A program made the position numbers and the translations under genes. The notes beneath the pieces are model-generated. The model did not search any database, was not told where the DNA came from, and worked only from the letters and a program-made list of their open reading frames with translations. From contig OZ024747.1 in NCBI GenBank assembly GCA_964016885.1, forward strand, positions 46,624,001-46,688,000: a stretch of DNA of 64,000 nucleotides. Reading direction: 5' to 3'. The DNA comes from Eledone cirrhosa (taxonomy: Eukaryota). Below are positions 12,559 through 26,692 of the stretch, piece after piece. How positions within the stretch are numbered: position 1 is the first letter of the stretch; every line of letters starts with the position of its first letter.

Positions 12559-13396
12559 GTGAGAGAGGAGAAGAATGAGAAGAGGAAGGAAGCACCCGCT
12601 CTTTGTGCTCCTGAAGAGGAGGGTTGCATATTTTTTCGGGGGTGTGTGCGACCCATGTCAACGCCCCTCCCTATTGAGGACATCGATTGTTAAATTTAAT
12701 TTGTTATATGTTTTTTACACGTCTTTTTAAATGTATGTAAACTCCCCCCTTTGTATTTGTCCCAATCTTTGATGCCCTGGTGGCAAATAAATAGAAATCT
12801 ATATCAATTAGTACTAAAATCTCCCACTCTCTATATCTACTACTCGGAACTCTCTTACAATATTCCTCTCTATATCAATTACCACCAAACTCTCCCTCTC
12901 TCTCTATCTATATCTATCTCTCCCACCTGTCTCAAAATAACATGTACAACATTGTAGCACATATACAAAGAGATGTGTGTTTTTGTATTTTGAGGAGAAA
13001 AATTAATCATTGGGGGGGAATGCAGCAACCCCCTTGTCCCCCAGTTCCAACGTTCAGTAATTGCTGTTGACTTTAATCTTTTCTCTCTCTTCGAGTTGCT
13101 CACACGCATGTGCTTCACGTTTCCCTCTTCGGTTTGTTGTTTCCCGTTTTATTTTTTCGATTTTTTTTTTTTTTTTTCCCTTTTCCCTTCTGTTACTCAC
13201 TTTTTTCTCTCTCTTCCCTTCTTTTGCCAATAACTTCCTTGAGTCATTGACGCACTGGAGTGAGACATATTGTCTTTAATGCGATGAAATATCCATGATC
13301 CCCAGCAGACAACTGATAAAGGAACATTTTCTCCCGTTCTTGCTTTCCTCTTATAAGTACACCTTATCCAGCAACTACACAGCTCCTGTTTCTTCT

Positions 13397-13428
<32 letters not shown>

Positions 13429-13543
13429 CAATATATACATGGACGGGAATTTAAAAGAAATTGAGGATCAATATAAACGCTTAAACACGCGCACACAAAC
13501 ACATACATACATACATACATACATACATACATACATACATACA

Positions 13544-13716
<173 letters not shown>

Positions 13717-13744
13717 ACACACAGATACATACGGACACATACAT

Positions 13745-13778
<34 letters not shown>

Positions 13779-13937
13779 TTAGTGGTGGAGTAGACAACAC
13801 GTCTATGTCTACTTCCGCTTTTGCTACGGACTGGTTCATGTACAGGTCAAATTTTGGCCTCATTCGATCCTGTGCTAGCTAGCAGATGGCAATATATTTT
13901 GCCGTTCCTGGGACTTTTTGTCCTAGGAAAGGAAAAT

Positions 13938-14019
13938 GCTCTCTGATGATCTTGACTTTTCCATTGGAGGTCCCCATGGATTTCTAATGTTTTGTGAAGT
14001 GAAACCGATCGGTAAAAGC
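13938..14019 (+). ncRNA. Type I hammerhead ribozyme with long stem II
   Basis: gctct-CTGATGA-t-ctt...tccat(tggaggtcccc)atgga...aag-t-GAAA-ccgatcgg-TA-aaagc. Palindromic stem III; one mismatch in stem I. Confidence 0.75.
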
Positions 14020-14207
14020 AATTGGAGTAGGTAAATATTTAAATTATATTTTTTAATTTATTTTAAAAAATTGTTTGAATTTTGCTTGTTCTGCTTATCT
14101 CAATATTATAGTTCTGGTATGTCAAATTAATACCATTGAACAACCCTGTATCATAGACAACCTATATATTTCCAGGGGTACTTAGTACCCGTGGGCATAT
14201 TAACTTC

Positions 14208-14294
<87 letters not shown>

Positions 14295-14745
14295 TGTATG
14301 TATGTATGTATGTATGTATGTATGTGTGTGTTTGTGTGCGCGTGTTTAAGCGTTTATATTGATCCTCAATTTCTTTTGAATTCCCGTCCATGCACCTGTT
14401 ACTGGTATATCGTACACGTAGCATAGATAATAGAATAGCTTTCCATTATACAATAACTTCTATCATATCAATGTGATTGCCTTATAAAATATTAATGGTA
14501 ACAGCAGCCATCAATTACGTAACTGCTGATTTGGGCAAATGGTAACACTTCTTGTGCATGAATCGCAGCAGCTTGAATAAACACCGTTTTTTAACTATAC
14601 TAAGTCTACACAAATAATTAAAAAAATTAACTAAATATTGTCTTTGTAAAGAATGGCATGACCAATATACTCGTACATACATACATACATACATACATAC
14701 ATACATACATACATACATACATACATACATACATACATACATACA

Positions 14746-16192
14746 TGGTGGCTGCCAACTCGTTTTCGAGTACGGTCACTACTTTATATCCATGTAGGAG
14801 TACCCCTACCGATGCGCTGAACGAGTGTGACCTTTTAATCCAGCCAGCGACTTGAAAACTCTGGTACAAACACTACACCTGTGATAATTATTGTGACATA
14901 GTGCTGGGCCCATGGTACCATGTGACGACAAGTGCAGAGAGATCTCCAGATATAAAGCAATGCCTGTGCCGTGAAGCTTTTATAGTGAGCAAAGACACTG
15001 CACAAAGCCAGTCCCACTCTTTTAACCAAGATGATATTTACCAAAAAGAAGAACACGTCAACATCATTGGATACCATCAGAGTTGCAGGTGTTATATCAG
15101 AGTTTACCTTCTAGAATTCTGCCTTGACAAAGGCTAAGGGTTCATCTCTCCCGGACATACATACATACATACATACATACATACATACATACATACATAC
15201 ATACATACATACATACATACATACATGGTGGCTGCCAACTCGTTTTCGAGTACGGCCACTACTTTATATCCATGTAGGAGAACCCTTACTGATGCGCTGA
15301 ACGAGTCTGACTTTTTAGTCCAGCCAGCGACTTGAAAACTCTGGTACAAACACTACACCTGTGACAATTATTGACACATAGTGCTGGGCCCATGGCACCA
15401 TGTGACGACAAGTGCAGAGAGATCTCCAGATATAAAGCAATGCCTGTGCCGTGAAGCTTTTATAGTGAGCAAAGGCACTGCACAAAGCCAGTCCCACTCT
15501 CTTAACCAAGATGATATTTACCAAAAAGAAGAACAAGTCAACATCATTGGATACCATCAGGGTTGCAGGTGTTATATCAGAGTTTTCCTTCTCCTAGAAT
15601 TCTGCCTTGACAAAGGCTAAGGGGTCATCTCTCCCGGTGATTTTGGATGGCCATTGACTCTTAAGAGCTCCTTTGCCCTTTGACAGGTTTTGTTTTTAGT
15701 CCTGCAGGATGTCCAAAGTCACCCTCCTCACCAAGAAACCTTGGTGGGGTTGCACATACATACATACCTACATACCTACATGGTGGCTGCCAACTCGTTT
15801 TCGAGTACGGCCACTACTGTATATCCATGTAGGAGAACCCTTACTGATGCGCTGAACGAGTGTGACTTTTCAGTCCGGTCAGCGACTTGAAAACTCTGGT
15901 ACAAACACTACACTTGTCACCATTATTGACACATAGTGCTGGGCCCATGGTACCATGTGACGACAAGTGCAGAGAGATATCCAGATATAAAGCAATGCCT
16001 GTGCTGTGAAGCTTTTATAGTGAGCAAAGGCACTGCACAAAGCCAGTCCCACTCTCTTAACCAAGATGATATTTACCAAAAAGAAGAACAAGTCAACATC
16101 ATTGGATATCATCAGGGTTGCAGGTGTTATATCAGAGTTTTCCTTCTCCTAGAATTCTGCCTTGACAAAGGCTAAGGGGTCATCTCTCCCGG
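14746..16192 (-). mobile_element. Three tandem copies (14746-15153, 15226-15754, 15781-16192) of a non-autonomous RTE-derived retroelement with (TGTA)n tails
   Basis: ~410-bp near-identical units separated by CATA tracts. Minus strand contains ctaggagaaggaaaactctga, a motif I recall from RTE 5' UTRs. Confidence 0.65.
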
Positions 16193-16534
16193 AGATACCT
16201 ACATACACACATACATACCTACATACACACATACATACCTACATATATACATACATACCTACATATATACATACATACACACATACATACCTACATATAT
16301 ACATACATACACACATACATACCTACATACATACACACATACATACCTACATATATACATACCTACACATACCTATATACATACATACACATAACTACAT
16401 ATATACATACATACCTACATACACACCTACATATATACATACCTACCTACACACATACATACATACACAGACAAAAAGGTGCAAACTGTTTAAATACATA
16501 CATACATACATACATACATACATACATACATACA

Positions 16535-17308
16535 AATGGCTGCGATATCTGGCACCTTCAAAATTTGCAAAACATTCTTGCGATTCAAGGGATGACAATT
16601 TCTTTTCTTTTACAACCTTGCCACCAGGAAGGTGGCCGGTCAAAAAAATATACTCAAAATTAAGAGAAAGAGAAAACATACATAATATGAAAGAGTACTG
16701 GTGGAATGTTCCAGTAAAATCCCCAATAGAATGCAGGCATAACAGACCAGATATTATGATATGGGACAGGGAGAAGAAAGCATGCACAGTAGTGGAAATT
16801 AGCTGCCCAGCAGATGCCAATATAATATCAAAGATTAGTGAAAAGGAGAACATTTATGCAGAACTGATGAGAAATCTGCAGACACTCCACCCTAATTACA
16901 CTTTCAGATTTATACCTGTGATTATTGGGGCACTGGGGTATGTTAGTAACTGCCTCAATACAAATATTGAGAAGCTGGGCTTCACAGGAACAGAAAGAAC
17001 ACAACTAATTAGGAAATTACAAGTACAATCCATTAATGGAACAGTAAAAAATATGTAAAACATTCCAAAAATTTTGCATCTAATAACTGCATATACACAT
17101 ATACAGATTCAAAGCATATACACATGCACACATACAACTCAAAACATACACATCCACACATACAATAACATCCATATCTACACATGCATGCATACATACA
17201 TATCTACCTAGTTGATGTGTAAATTCCAATGAGAGAGTCTTGTGTCTATGTTAGAAACCGACTCTCTCTCTATTGGTAAAACTTTGTGAAATTATAAAAC
17301 CAGAAGAA
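16535..17308 (+). mobile_element. 3' fragment of R4/Dong-like LINE (restriction-like endonuclease domain and 3' UTR)
   Basis: HNRPDIMIWD...VVEISCP...EKENIY...IPVIIGALG. 3' hairpin ccaatgagagagtc...gactctctctctattgg. Flanked by (CATA)n on both sides. Confidence 0.85.
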
Positions 17309-17366
17309 CATACATACATACATACATACATACATACATACATACATACATACATACATACCTACA

Positions 17367-17626
17367 TGGTGGTGGCTGCCAACTCGTTTTCGAGTACGGC
17401 CACTACTTTATATCTATGTAGGAGAACCCCTACCGATGCGCTGAATGGTGTGACTTTTTAGTCCAGCCAGCGACTTGAAAACTCTGGTACAAACACTACA
17501 CTTGTGACAATTATTGACACATAGTGCTGTGCCCATGGAACCATGTGATGACAAGTGCAGAGAGATCTCCAGATATAAAGCAATGCCTGTGCCGTGAAGC
17601 TTTTATAGTGAGCAAAGGCACTGCAC
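17367..17626 (-). mobile_element. Fourth, truncated copy of the RTE-derived unit
   Basis: Matches the start of the 14746 unit; CATA tracts on both sides. Confidence 0.8.
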
Positions 17627-17699
17627 ATACATACATACATACATACATACATACATACATACATACATACATACATACATACATGCATGCATGCATGCA

Positions 17700-18038
17700 T
17701 GTGAAGACCCCCGTCGGTCACAAATGACCATGGGATTTGCACCTAGAAAGTTCTCCTCCGAGGCACAAGTCCGGGCAATGTTGTTTGTGGAAAACTAGCA
17801 GTCGCCCATGCATACGAGTCTCCCAGCTCCACGCCACCGATGTTTTCCAAGGGAAGGGCTAAGGTCGATACAGCTTGATACCAGTGACGTCGGAACTCAT
17901 TTCTACAGCTGACTGAACTGCAGCAACGTGAAATAAAGAGTCTTGTTCAAGAACACAATGTAAAGCCCGATCTGATAATCGAACTCACAACCTCACGATT
18001 GTAAGCCTGACGCCCTAACCACAGCTCCATGCGCCCTC
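17700..18038 (-). mobile_element. tRNA-derived SINE (octopus OK/OR-like)
   Basis: Minus 5' end gagggcgcatggagctgtggttagggcgtc...gtgagttcgatt (A/B-box-like). Central gcaacgtgaaataaag..tcttg.tcaag.acacaa block shared with 52738-53020. Confidence 0.8.
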
Positions 18039-18099
18039 AATACATACATGTAATTCAAAACACGTTTTTCTGTGTTCCTTTCTATATATTCTATATATG

Positions 18100-18137
<38 letters not shown>

Positions 18138-18140
<3 letters not shown>

Positions 18141-18441
18141 ACGAAGGAGGTTTGGTAAGGAACCAGATGGACCATAACGCACCAGAGTACTCAATACTTA
18201 GGGTAGTAGAGTAGGGTATATATATATATATATATATGAAAAGAGTCAGGACCCCGACGTCTGAGCTCCGGCCGTTTCGACAGCTAGATCCGAACTAATC
18301 TACCTGTTCGGATCTACCTGTCGAAACGGCCGGAGCTCAGCCGTCGGGGTCCTAACTCTTTTCCTATTACCCACTCTACTACCCTAAGTATCGAGTACTC
18401 TGGCGCGTTATAGTCTACCTGATTTCTTACCACACTTTCTT

Positions 18442-18447
<6 letters not shown>
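18138..18447. mobile_element. Fold-back of a short dispersed TA-associated repeat family
   Basis: gttcggatctagctgtcGAAAcggc...ggggtcctgactcttttcc appears in both orientations. Other copies near 6171, 28268, 28345, 32565, 35105 and 47395. Confidence 0.8.
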
Positions 18448-18534
<87 letters not shown>

Positions 18535-18629
18535 AATAAATTTGAAGTCTAAAATCCAAAGAGGGCTCGAAAAGGATAAATATATATCAAATATATAAGA
18601 ACCTTAGAGCAAATCTGTTATTTTAATAA

Positions 18630-18670
<41 letters not shown>

Positions 18671-19074
18671 AAAATAGAATCCGGCCCTTGATAAAATTTC
18701 ATAATTCCTGATGCCATTCCTTAAACATATTAAGCATATATTCGTTTCTTTCCCTCACGCTATACCAATTTTCGAATATATGCTACATACCACGGATTTC
18801 GATAGATACAACCAGAATGCCGATAAATATTAATATTCTTAACATATCTATGCAACCAGTGGCTTACTTTATACAACCGATTATAGGATCAACGTTTCAA
18901 ACATGCCTCTGTTAAATGCTTGCTATCAATTTATCCAAACTTTCATTTGGTACCACACCAGTATAGAGAACATAAATATTAGAAGAAATTTTAAGAGAAA
19001 ACTCACATATATTCGAACGACTCACGGAATACATGAGAAAACTTATTTTAAAATATTTATTTTAAAATATTTGG

Positions 19075-19183
19075 AATCCCGCCGAGGTTAACTTTGCCTT
19101 TCATCCTTACGGGGTCGATAAAATAAAGTACTAGTAATACACTGAGATAATTGCTGGCCTTGTGCCAAAAGTAGAAACGATTA
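19075..19183 (+). mobile_element. 5'-truncated tRNA-derived SINE (Meta-like core)
   Basis: gccgaggttaactttgcctttcatccttacggggtcgataaaataaagtac core. Confidence 0.85.
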
Positions 19184-19231
19184 TATAGATATATAGATAT
19201 AAATATATATATATATATGTGTGTGTGTGTG

Positions 19232-19294
<63 letters not shown>

Positions 19295-19923
19295 TATGCA
19301 TCCACATGTCTACTTTGCATTAATTTTTTTCTTGCCCTAGATCATGCTTTCTTTTGCTTTTAAAGCCACTCAGCCTATTCAGGTATTTCGCCCATGTAAT
19401 TGTGTGATATATCAGAATCGGAAAAACGTCGTATAAATTGCCTTTAATGTTTAGCAAATATTTGATTGTTGCAATTCTCTGGTTACATTTTTCACTATAT
19501 TCAAATGATAAATTATAACTGAATAGCAAAATACAAAAGTTCCACACAAAACTAAGATTTTTCAAGATATTTCTCAGTGCAGAAGCTCCACTAGTCATGA
19601 AATATATAGTGTATTAATCATATTAGATAACTGCCTCGATTATCAAACAGAAACTATTAATATGTTGAACTTATCCTCACATTCACAACAGCGTGGACGC
19701 TCGAAAACAAGGGAAGGAGTAAGAGGGAGAAATGGAGAAATATAAAGTTGTCAAGGGACATAACTGTGCTGAGCAATGGAACTAAAAATATAAGCCAGAA
19801 TAAGGCTAGAATGAATCCCTTAGAATGTGAAGACATTTGTCATTGTTCAGTAGTAATTAACGTAGATATATGAACGAAGAAGGGAGAGGGAGAGAGAGAG
19901 AGAGAGGGAGAGAGAGAGAGAGA

Positions 19924-19989
<66 letters not shown>

Positions 19990-20283
19990 ATCTATTCGTG
20001 AACCTGTCCAGTGAATGTGTGACAATTCATTATATGTCAAAGTGTACCAGAAGATGTTATAATCTGTTTGAATATAGTTATATGTTTCGTTTTTGTTGCT
20101 AATAGATATACTTCATTTTATTGGCTCAAACATAAAGTTTTCAGCAGCTGAGTAATTAACATATATAGCAGTACACACCTCTTGTTATTGTCTCCAAGAC
20201 GCTAGCACGTTAAGATAAGTGCAATATATTACGTATAATAGCAACGTTGAACATAAATTAATTAATAACATTTTCCCAAGATT

Positions 20284-20472
20284 CGGTGGATTGGCAGTAT
20301 CGGTAGAGGGTCTGACGCTATGCTTTGCACCAAAGAGTTACGCCCCTTTATGGTTTGAGTTCAAATCCCGCCGAGGTTAACTTTGCCTTTCATCCTTACG
20401 GGGTCGATAAAATAAAGTACCAGTAATGCACTGGATAATTGCTGGCCTTGTGCCAAAAGTAGAAACAATTAT
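20284..20472 (+). mobile_element. tRNA-derived SINE (Meta-like core)
   Basis: tggcagtatcggtag A box, gagttcaaatcc B box, shared core and attatt tail. Confidence 0.88.
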
Positions 20473-20517
20473 TCTATGATTCCCCACCTAGTTTGTGTAT
20501 TTTTACGCCTCTTTCAG

Positions 20518-20572
<55 letters not shown>

Positions 20573-20901
20573 ACTCTGTCTCTCTCTCTTTATATATTAT
20601 ATATGTGTGTGTGCGTGTGTATGTATGTATATATATATAAATATATATATACATACATACACACGCACACACACATATATAATATATAAAGAGAGAGAGA
20701 GAGACAGAGTGAGATAGAGAGAGAGAGAGAGAGAGATTGCTCTGAAAGAGGCGTAAAAATACACAAACTAGGCGGGGAATCATAGAATAATCTTGGAAAA
20801 ATGTTATTAATTAATTTATGTATAAATATATATATATATATACATATGTGTATATATATACATATGTGTATATATACATATATATATACATATGTGTATA
20901 T

Positions 20902-20934
<33 letters not shown>

Positions 20935-20968
20935 AATATATATTTATATATATATATACATACATACT

Positions 20969-21002
<34 letters not shown>

Positions 21003-21273
21003 TGAATATTTGTTTCTCTAAATATAAGTACGTTAGTCAGGTTGTTATTAACAGAAGGTGAATAATAAATTTTGGTCTGTTATAATTGTTTTAATAGTAT
21101 TTTGGAGACGACATAAAGGTGTTTCGTTGGATGCTAAATCTACTAATGCAAGCTAAGATCTAATTTCCAAAACGTCAATTCAGTTAATTATTCACAGATA
21201 TGCTGCCTCTGCTATATCATCGATCACTTGTGTCCTTACAATTTCTTAGATCATAATCTATTATTTTTGTTGT

Positions 21274-21306
<33 letters not shown>

Positions 21307-22355
21307 CGTTTAATCAACAATTTTCACTTTGAAGAAACCTCTAGAGCCATTTTGAAAATTATTAATATCATCACCAAAACGTCCATAACACTCCACACAG
21401 ATTCATATATATATATATGTGTGTATGTATGTGTGCGTGTGTATGTATGTATGTATGTATACACACATACATACACCCCCCCACACACACACACATATAT
21501 ATATATATATTGGATTCTTTTATGATGTCAGTGCAATAATTTCTCGGTTAATTTGTGCGTCATCAGAAATAGAAATATTGATATACGGGGATACTAGTCT
21601 ATGACAGTCTTATGGCAAGGAAAACTTCACATTGTAGGAGTTCAGTACACGTCTTGTAATTTGTATCCGCTAACCTTTGTCGGTTTTTATCATGTTTACA
21701 TTATATATGTTCGATTGCCCCTAGCAAGTTGAAGAACTTTAATTCCTCACATATTTAACCATTAATAATTCCATGTGTTACACGTATGTAATAGAAAATT
21801 ACTTTTACACGAAGAGACATACAATTTAAACAGGTTCAAAATCGCTGTTTTCACCGCTGATAAACCTATAGATGAGCTGCTAACGAATTTTAGATATCTT
21901 CACACGTAAGATTCGACGGAATTACATTAGTACTTACTGTTTTACCCAGCACCAAACAGACACGCTTTCTCCAATTTTAATAAATAAGGTAAAAGCAGTG
22001 GTTGTCAATTGAGAGACTCGTTAGTGTTTGTTCTGTTTCTTTAGTTTCTGAGTTCACATCACGCCGAGATGTTCTCTACAGTACTCCCAGTGGTTGATGA
22101 AATAAGGAACCATGCGACCATACCATGAGTTGTTTTTTTCTCTCCATGCCTTTTCTAATGATATTCAGCGGAGAAATAACGAAATACAATGAAATGGTTG
22201 TTTTGTTTTTTCTGTGGTGCTCGAAATTAAATTGAGTCGGTGGAGTGACAGGATGCTGCGCTATATAGGCTTCACGTTTCTACTCTTCACCAGTAATATA
22301 ATAGGGTTTATCCAAATGAATATACAAAATGAGGCATGTAAAAAAATATCATTAT

Positions 22356-22520
22356 AGGGCGATGGATTGACACTATCGGTAGAGTTAGGCCCTTTTACGG
22401 TCTGAGTTCAAATCCTGCCGGGGTTAACTTTGTCTTTCATCCTTACGGGGTCGATAAAATAAAGTACCAGTAATGTACTGGGTAATTGCTGGCCTTGTGC
22501 CAAAAGTAGAAACAATTATT
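22356..22520 (+). mobile_element. tRNA-derived SINE (Meta-like core)
   Basis: Same family as 20284. Confidence 0.88.
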
Positions 22521-23081
22521 TTCTACGAATTCAACAAGGAGAAAGGTTGTGTTTGAAAGGCTGAGAGCCGTAATAATAGGAAAGGAAACTAAATTCCCGC
22601 ATGTGTTGGTCGTATCAGGAAGCTGTAAGTACACGATTACATTCAGTGCAGTAAACATGCTATTTACAAGACCATAACCAGCCCAATTCCTTCTACTCTA
22701 TCGATAAAGCTAACACCACGGGCTTCTGCAAGAAACCAATAACATATTTTAGTTACTCATCAAACATTGTGGAAATGAAGGCAAATAATAATTCGCTGGG
22801 CTTCTAAATCATTATTGTACCTTAAAATACATGAAATATGAAGTGATAGTTATATCCCTGCGAACGAGCAATATTTCTGATATTCACAATTATTTGTCAG
22901 TCACATTCTAGGCAGGCAAACGAACTAATTATACTAGCAGAAGGCAAACAAAACTTGAAGCGGTCTGTTTGTTTGCTTAAACGAGATATCGGCTGTGAAG
23001 GAAGATGCGCACGCACGATATCGATTCTGACGTGATTTCTTTCCCAAGGGCCAACTGATGTCAACGATGTGAATGACCATA

Positions 23082-23133
<52 letters not shown>

Positions 23134-25079
23134 TATATTAATATATATATGTATATATATATGTATATGTATATATATATGTATATATATATTAATATAT
23201 ATATATATATATATACATATTAATATATATTAATATGTATATATATATATATACATATTAATATACATATTAATATATATATATATATATATATATATTG
23301 TTATACTTTGGGAGGGTCAGATAAAGAATCTTGCGAAGTACTAGAAGTTCTAGAAACGAAATATATGATATATACATATTAATATATATAATATATATAT
23401 TAATATATTTATATTTATATATATATATATATATTATATATATAATATATATATGAGTATGTGTAAGTATATAGTACATATAGTAGTGATGTGTATAGTG
23501 TGTGGGGGGTGTAGTGTCATATATTTATATATAAATATATATATATATATATATACATATTAATATATATTAATATATATATATATATACATATTAATAT
23601 AATATATATATATATATATATATTCATTTATATATGTAATGTATGTATGTATATGATTATACATACATATATTTATATATAAATGAGCAGCGCACACTTT
23701 TCTTTCTCCAGATCTGGACTGGTAACGGTCTTACCCCCCCCCCCCCCCATCTACCCCCCCCCCACACACACACATCTACGCATTCACATGCTCTACCTCT
23801 CAACCACACAACCACATCCCCACACACCTCACAGTTATTCCTTACCCCATAACACCCTCATTACCGCACCCCAGCACCCACTAATCTACTACTAACAGAC
23901 CCCCCCCCTACCCACCACTATATCTATTAACCACCTTTCTGCCTCTCCACACCACCCCCATATACACACACACACTCACATAACCAACAGCATTCTACAA
24001 TCCCGACCTCACCACACACACACACACACACACAAACATACACACTCATATATATAAACATGAGAAAAGTCACACAGACACTAACAGATCACCTGTCGTA
24101 CTTCATATGACTCTCCTCTCTCCCCTTCTACGGCACTAACTCACCCACCAACTCCACTAACACCACTAAACCCTCCCTCCACCTCACCCCACCAGCCATC
24201 ATCCTTCGCTCCCTATCACCTTACCGACACACCTTGCCCTCTCCCATCATCACACCTCGTACCTACTAATACTAATACACATACACACACGCTACCACAA
24301 CACCCAATCCCGACTCACGTCCGTTCTGTATGCACCACCACCTACTCCTCCCCCCTCCACTTCCGTTCTGTGTTCACCACCGCCTCCCCCCTCCACTTTC
24401 GCTCTGACCAAATCTTCATTGGTTTCGCTGTAACGAGTGCTCAACCACTGCTGTCTACTGGATTATATATATGTGAATACTCCGAAACACACACACACAC
24501 ACACACACACATACACACACACACATACCCACATACACACACACGCACACACACACACAGACATACCTATACATAAACATACACATATGCACCCTCACAC
24601 ACATATGTACATAAAATCTTTCCCTTACTGACCAAAAACAACCAGAGCACTCGCGTGAATACAAACACATATACACGCAAACATCCGACACACACGTGGA
24701 AATACACACACACACATGGAAATACACACACACACACACACACACACCCCACCGCACACACTTCCTAAAGTACACACTCATATACGTAGAAACAACAGAA
24801 AAAAGTCCCACACGCAGACATACCCAAACATAAACACACAAACGTACACACTCACATACATAGAAACAATAAAAAATATCCCCCACAAACACGCGTGTAG
24901 ACACACTCACACACACTTACACACACTCATTCGATACACATGTCATAATACACACACTCACACAATCCTACACACTTACATATATAGAAACAACAGAAAA
25001 ACACCTCTACACACACACACAGGAACAAACCCCTAAAAGCTCACAGACACACACACATACCAGTGTGCACACAACTTTG

Positions 25080-25370
25080 TAAGATTCTGTGAGACACACG
25101 CATAGACTGAAGCCACGCACATCCACCAATTTCGTCCCTTCGGAACACACACAACCACACCCTTGGCAGCCCTATGTCCTCCACTTTGGCGCCCCCCCCC
25201 CCCCCCCCCAGGCTGAACCTTTCACCCAACTTACCCTATCTATCTTTTCCTCCCAACTCCCATTTTTTAACTTCCTTTTCTAATCTTCTCACACTACTCA
25301 TATGTCCATCTTTTCTCTCCTTATCCGAACTCTCCTGAAGAACGACTTCTAACCGAAAAGTTGAACTTTC
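25080..25370 (+). pseudogene. Possible decayed PLE endonuclease C-terminus followed by a degenerate hammerhead
   Basis: VLHFGA(P)n resembles the F.LGTL.P.GLN end of PLE ORFs. ctc-CTGAAGA...GAAA-ag-TT-gaa at 25332-25365. Confidence 0.3.
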
Positions 25371-25394
25371 ATCCACTTACTCCATGCTTTATTG

Positions 25395-25395
25395 C

Positions 25396-25460
<65 letters not shown>

Positions 25461-25495
25461 CTGTTACATGGTTATGCATGTGACTTCATCAGATG
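25395..25495 (-). ncRNA. Hammerhead motif whose stem III is a (TA)n tract
   Basis: Minus: cat-CTGATGA-a-gtcacatg(cataac)catgtaac-a-GAAA-(ta)n-TT-atg-caataaa. Confidence 0.55.
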
Positions 25496-25565
25496 TTTAT
25501 ACAATCATAGGTGTAGTTCAGCAATCGTGTGGATATGTCGCTCGTCATGTATTACCATCCAGCTT

Positions 25566-25703
<138 letters not shown>

Positions 25704-26028
25704 TATATATATCGATCTTCCAAAACCAATAACTTACATGCCCCGCAAGTGGATTTTGTTGATGTCGGATTTACAGAAACCTAGCGGAGATATTGTATAA
25801 TATCGACGCGTTGGTCCAGGTTTGTCATATTTTTTTCCTGAGTCAGTTTTCTCGTTGCTTTCTTCCTTGCGGCTGGCTTACCGGTCGCTGTCTTCAATTT
25901 GCAAAGCTGTCTAAACGTAATGTTATAAACTCTAAGGTAAAATACCTTATTGAGTGCTTAGCTGCACATCCCGATTGCATTCGTTAGCTTAGCTGCAGCC
26001 AGAGCTTCGATTATGGTGTAATTCCTTT

Positions 26029-26112
<84 letters not shown>

Positions 26113-26396
26113 CGTACATATATACTTAGTGTTCTGTCTGTGAATAGGCATTATATACCTTATAAATGTAAGAATATAGATAGGGCGGGAAATGGGGAAA
26201 GTATGGGAATTATTAGAGATCATCATAGGAATAGAGAATGGCAGAATGAGGATGATTGCGCCAATCATGAATATTCATATATATTCCTACATATGTATAT
26301 ATGTAGTACACCGGTATATATATATAAACATATTCATCTATCTGTGTGTACATATGTATATATATATATATATATACATTCAAATGTGTATGTATG

Positions 26397-26479
<83 letters not shown>

Positions 26480-26567
26480 ATATATATATATGGATGTATG
26501 AAAATACATGTGTATGCTAGCATTTATGAATACATAGACACACAGGCACATCAGTATGCATATATAA

Positions 26568-26692
<125 letters not shown>

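Larger units (their letters stand above)
7078..12797 (+). mobile_element. Full-length, inactivated Tx1/L1-clade non-LTR retrotransposon
   Basis: 5' UTR, ORF1 with CCHC knuckle, ORF2 with APE, RT and C-terminal Cys region, and 3' end ggtggcaaataaa. 5' end shared with the copy at 61755. Confidence 0.93.

Noticed and set aside
17960-18038. tRNA gene
   Set aside because: A/B-box-like head continues into a SINE body; no acceptor stem. The same applies to the other SINE heads.
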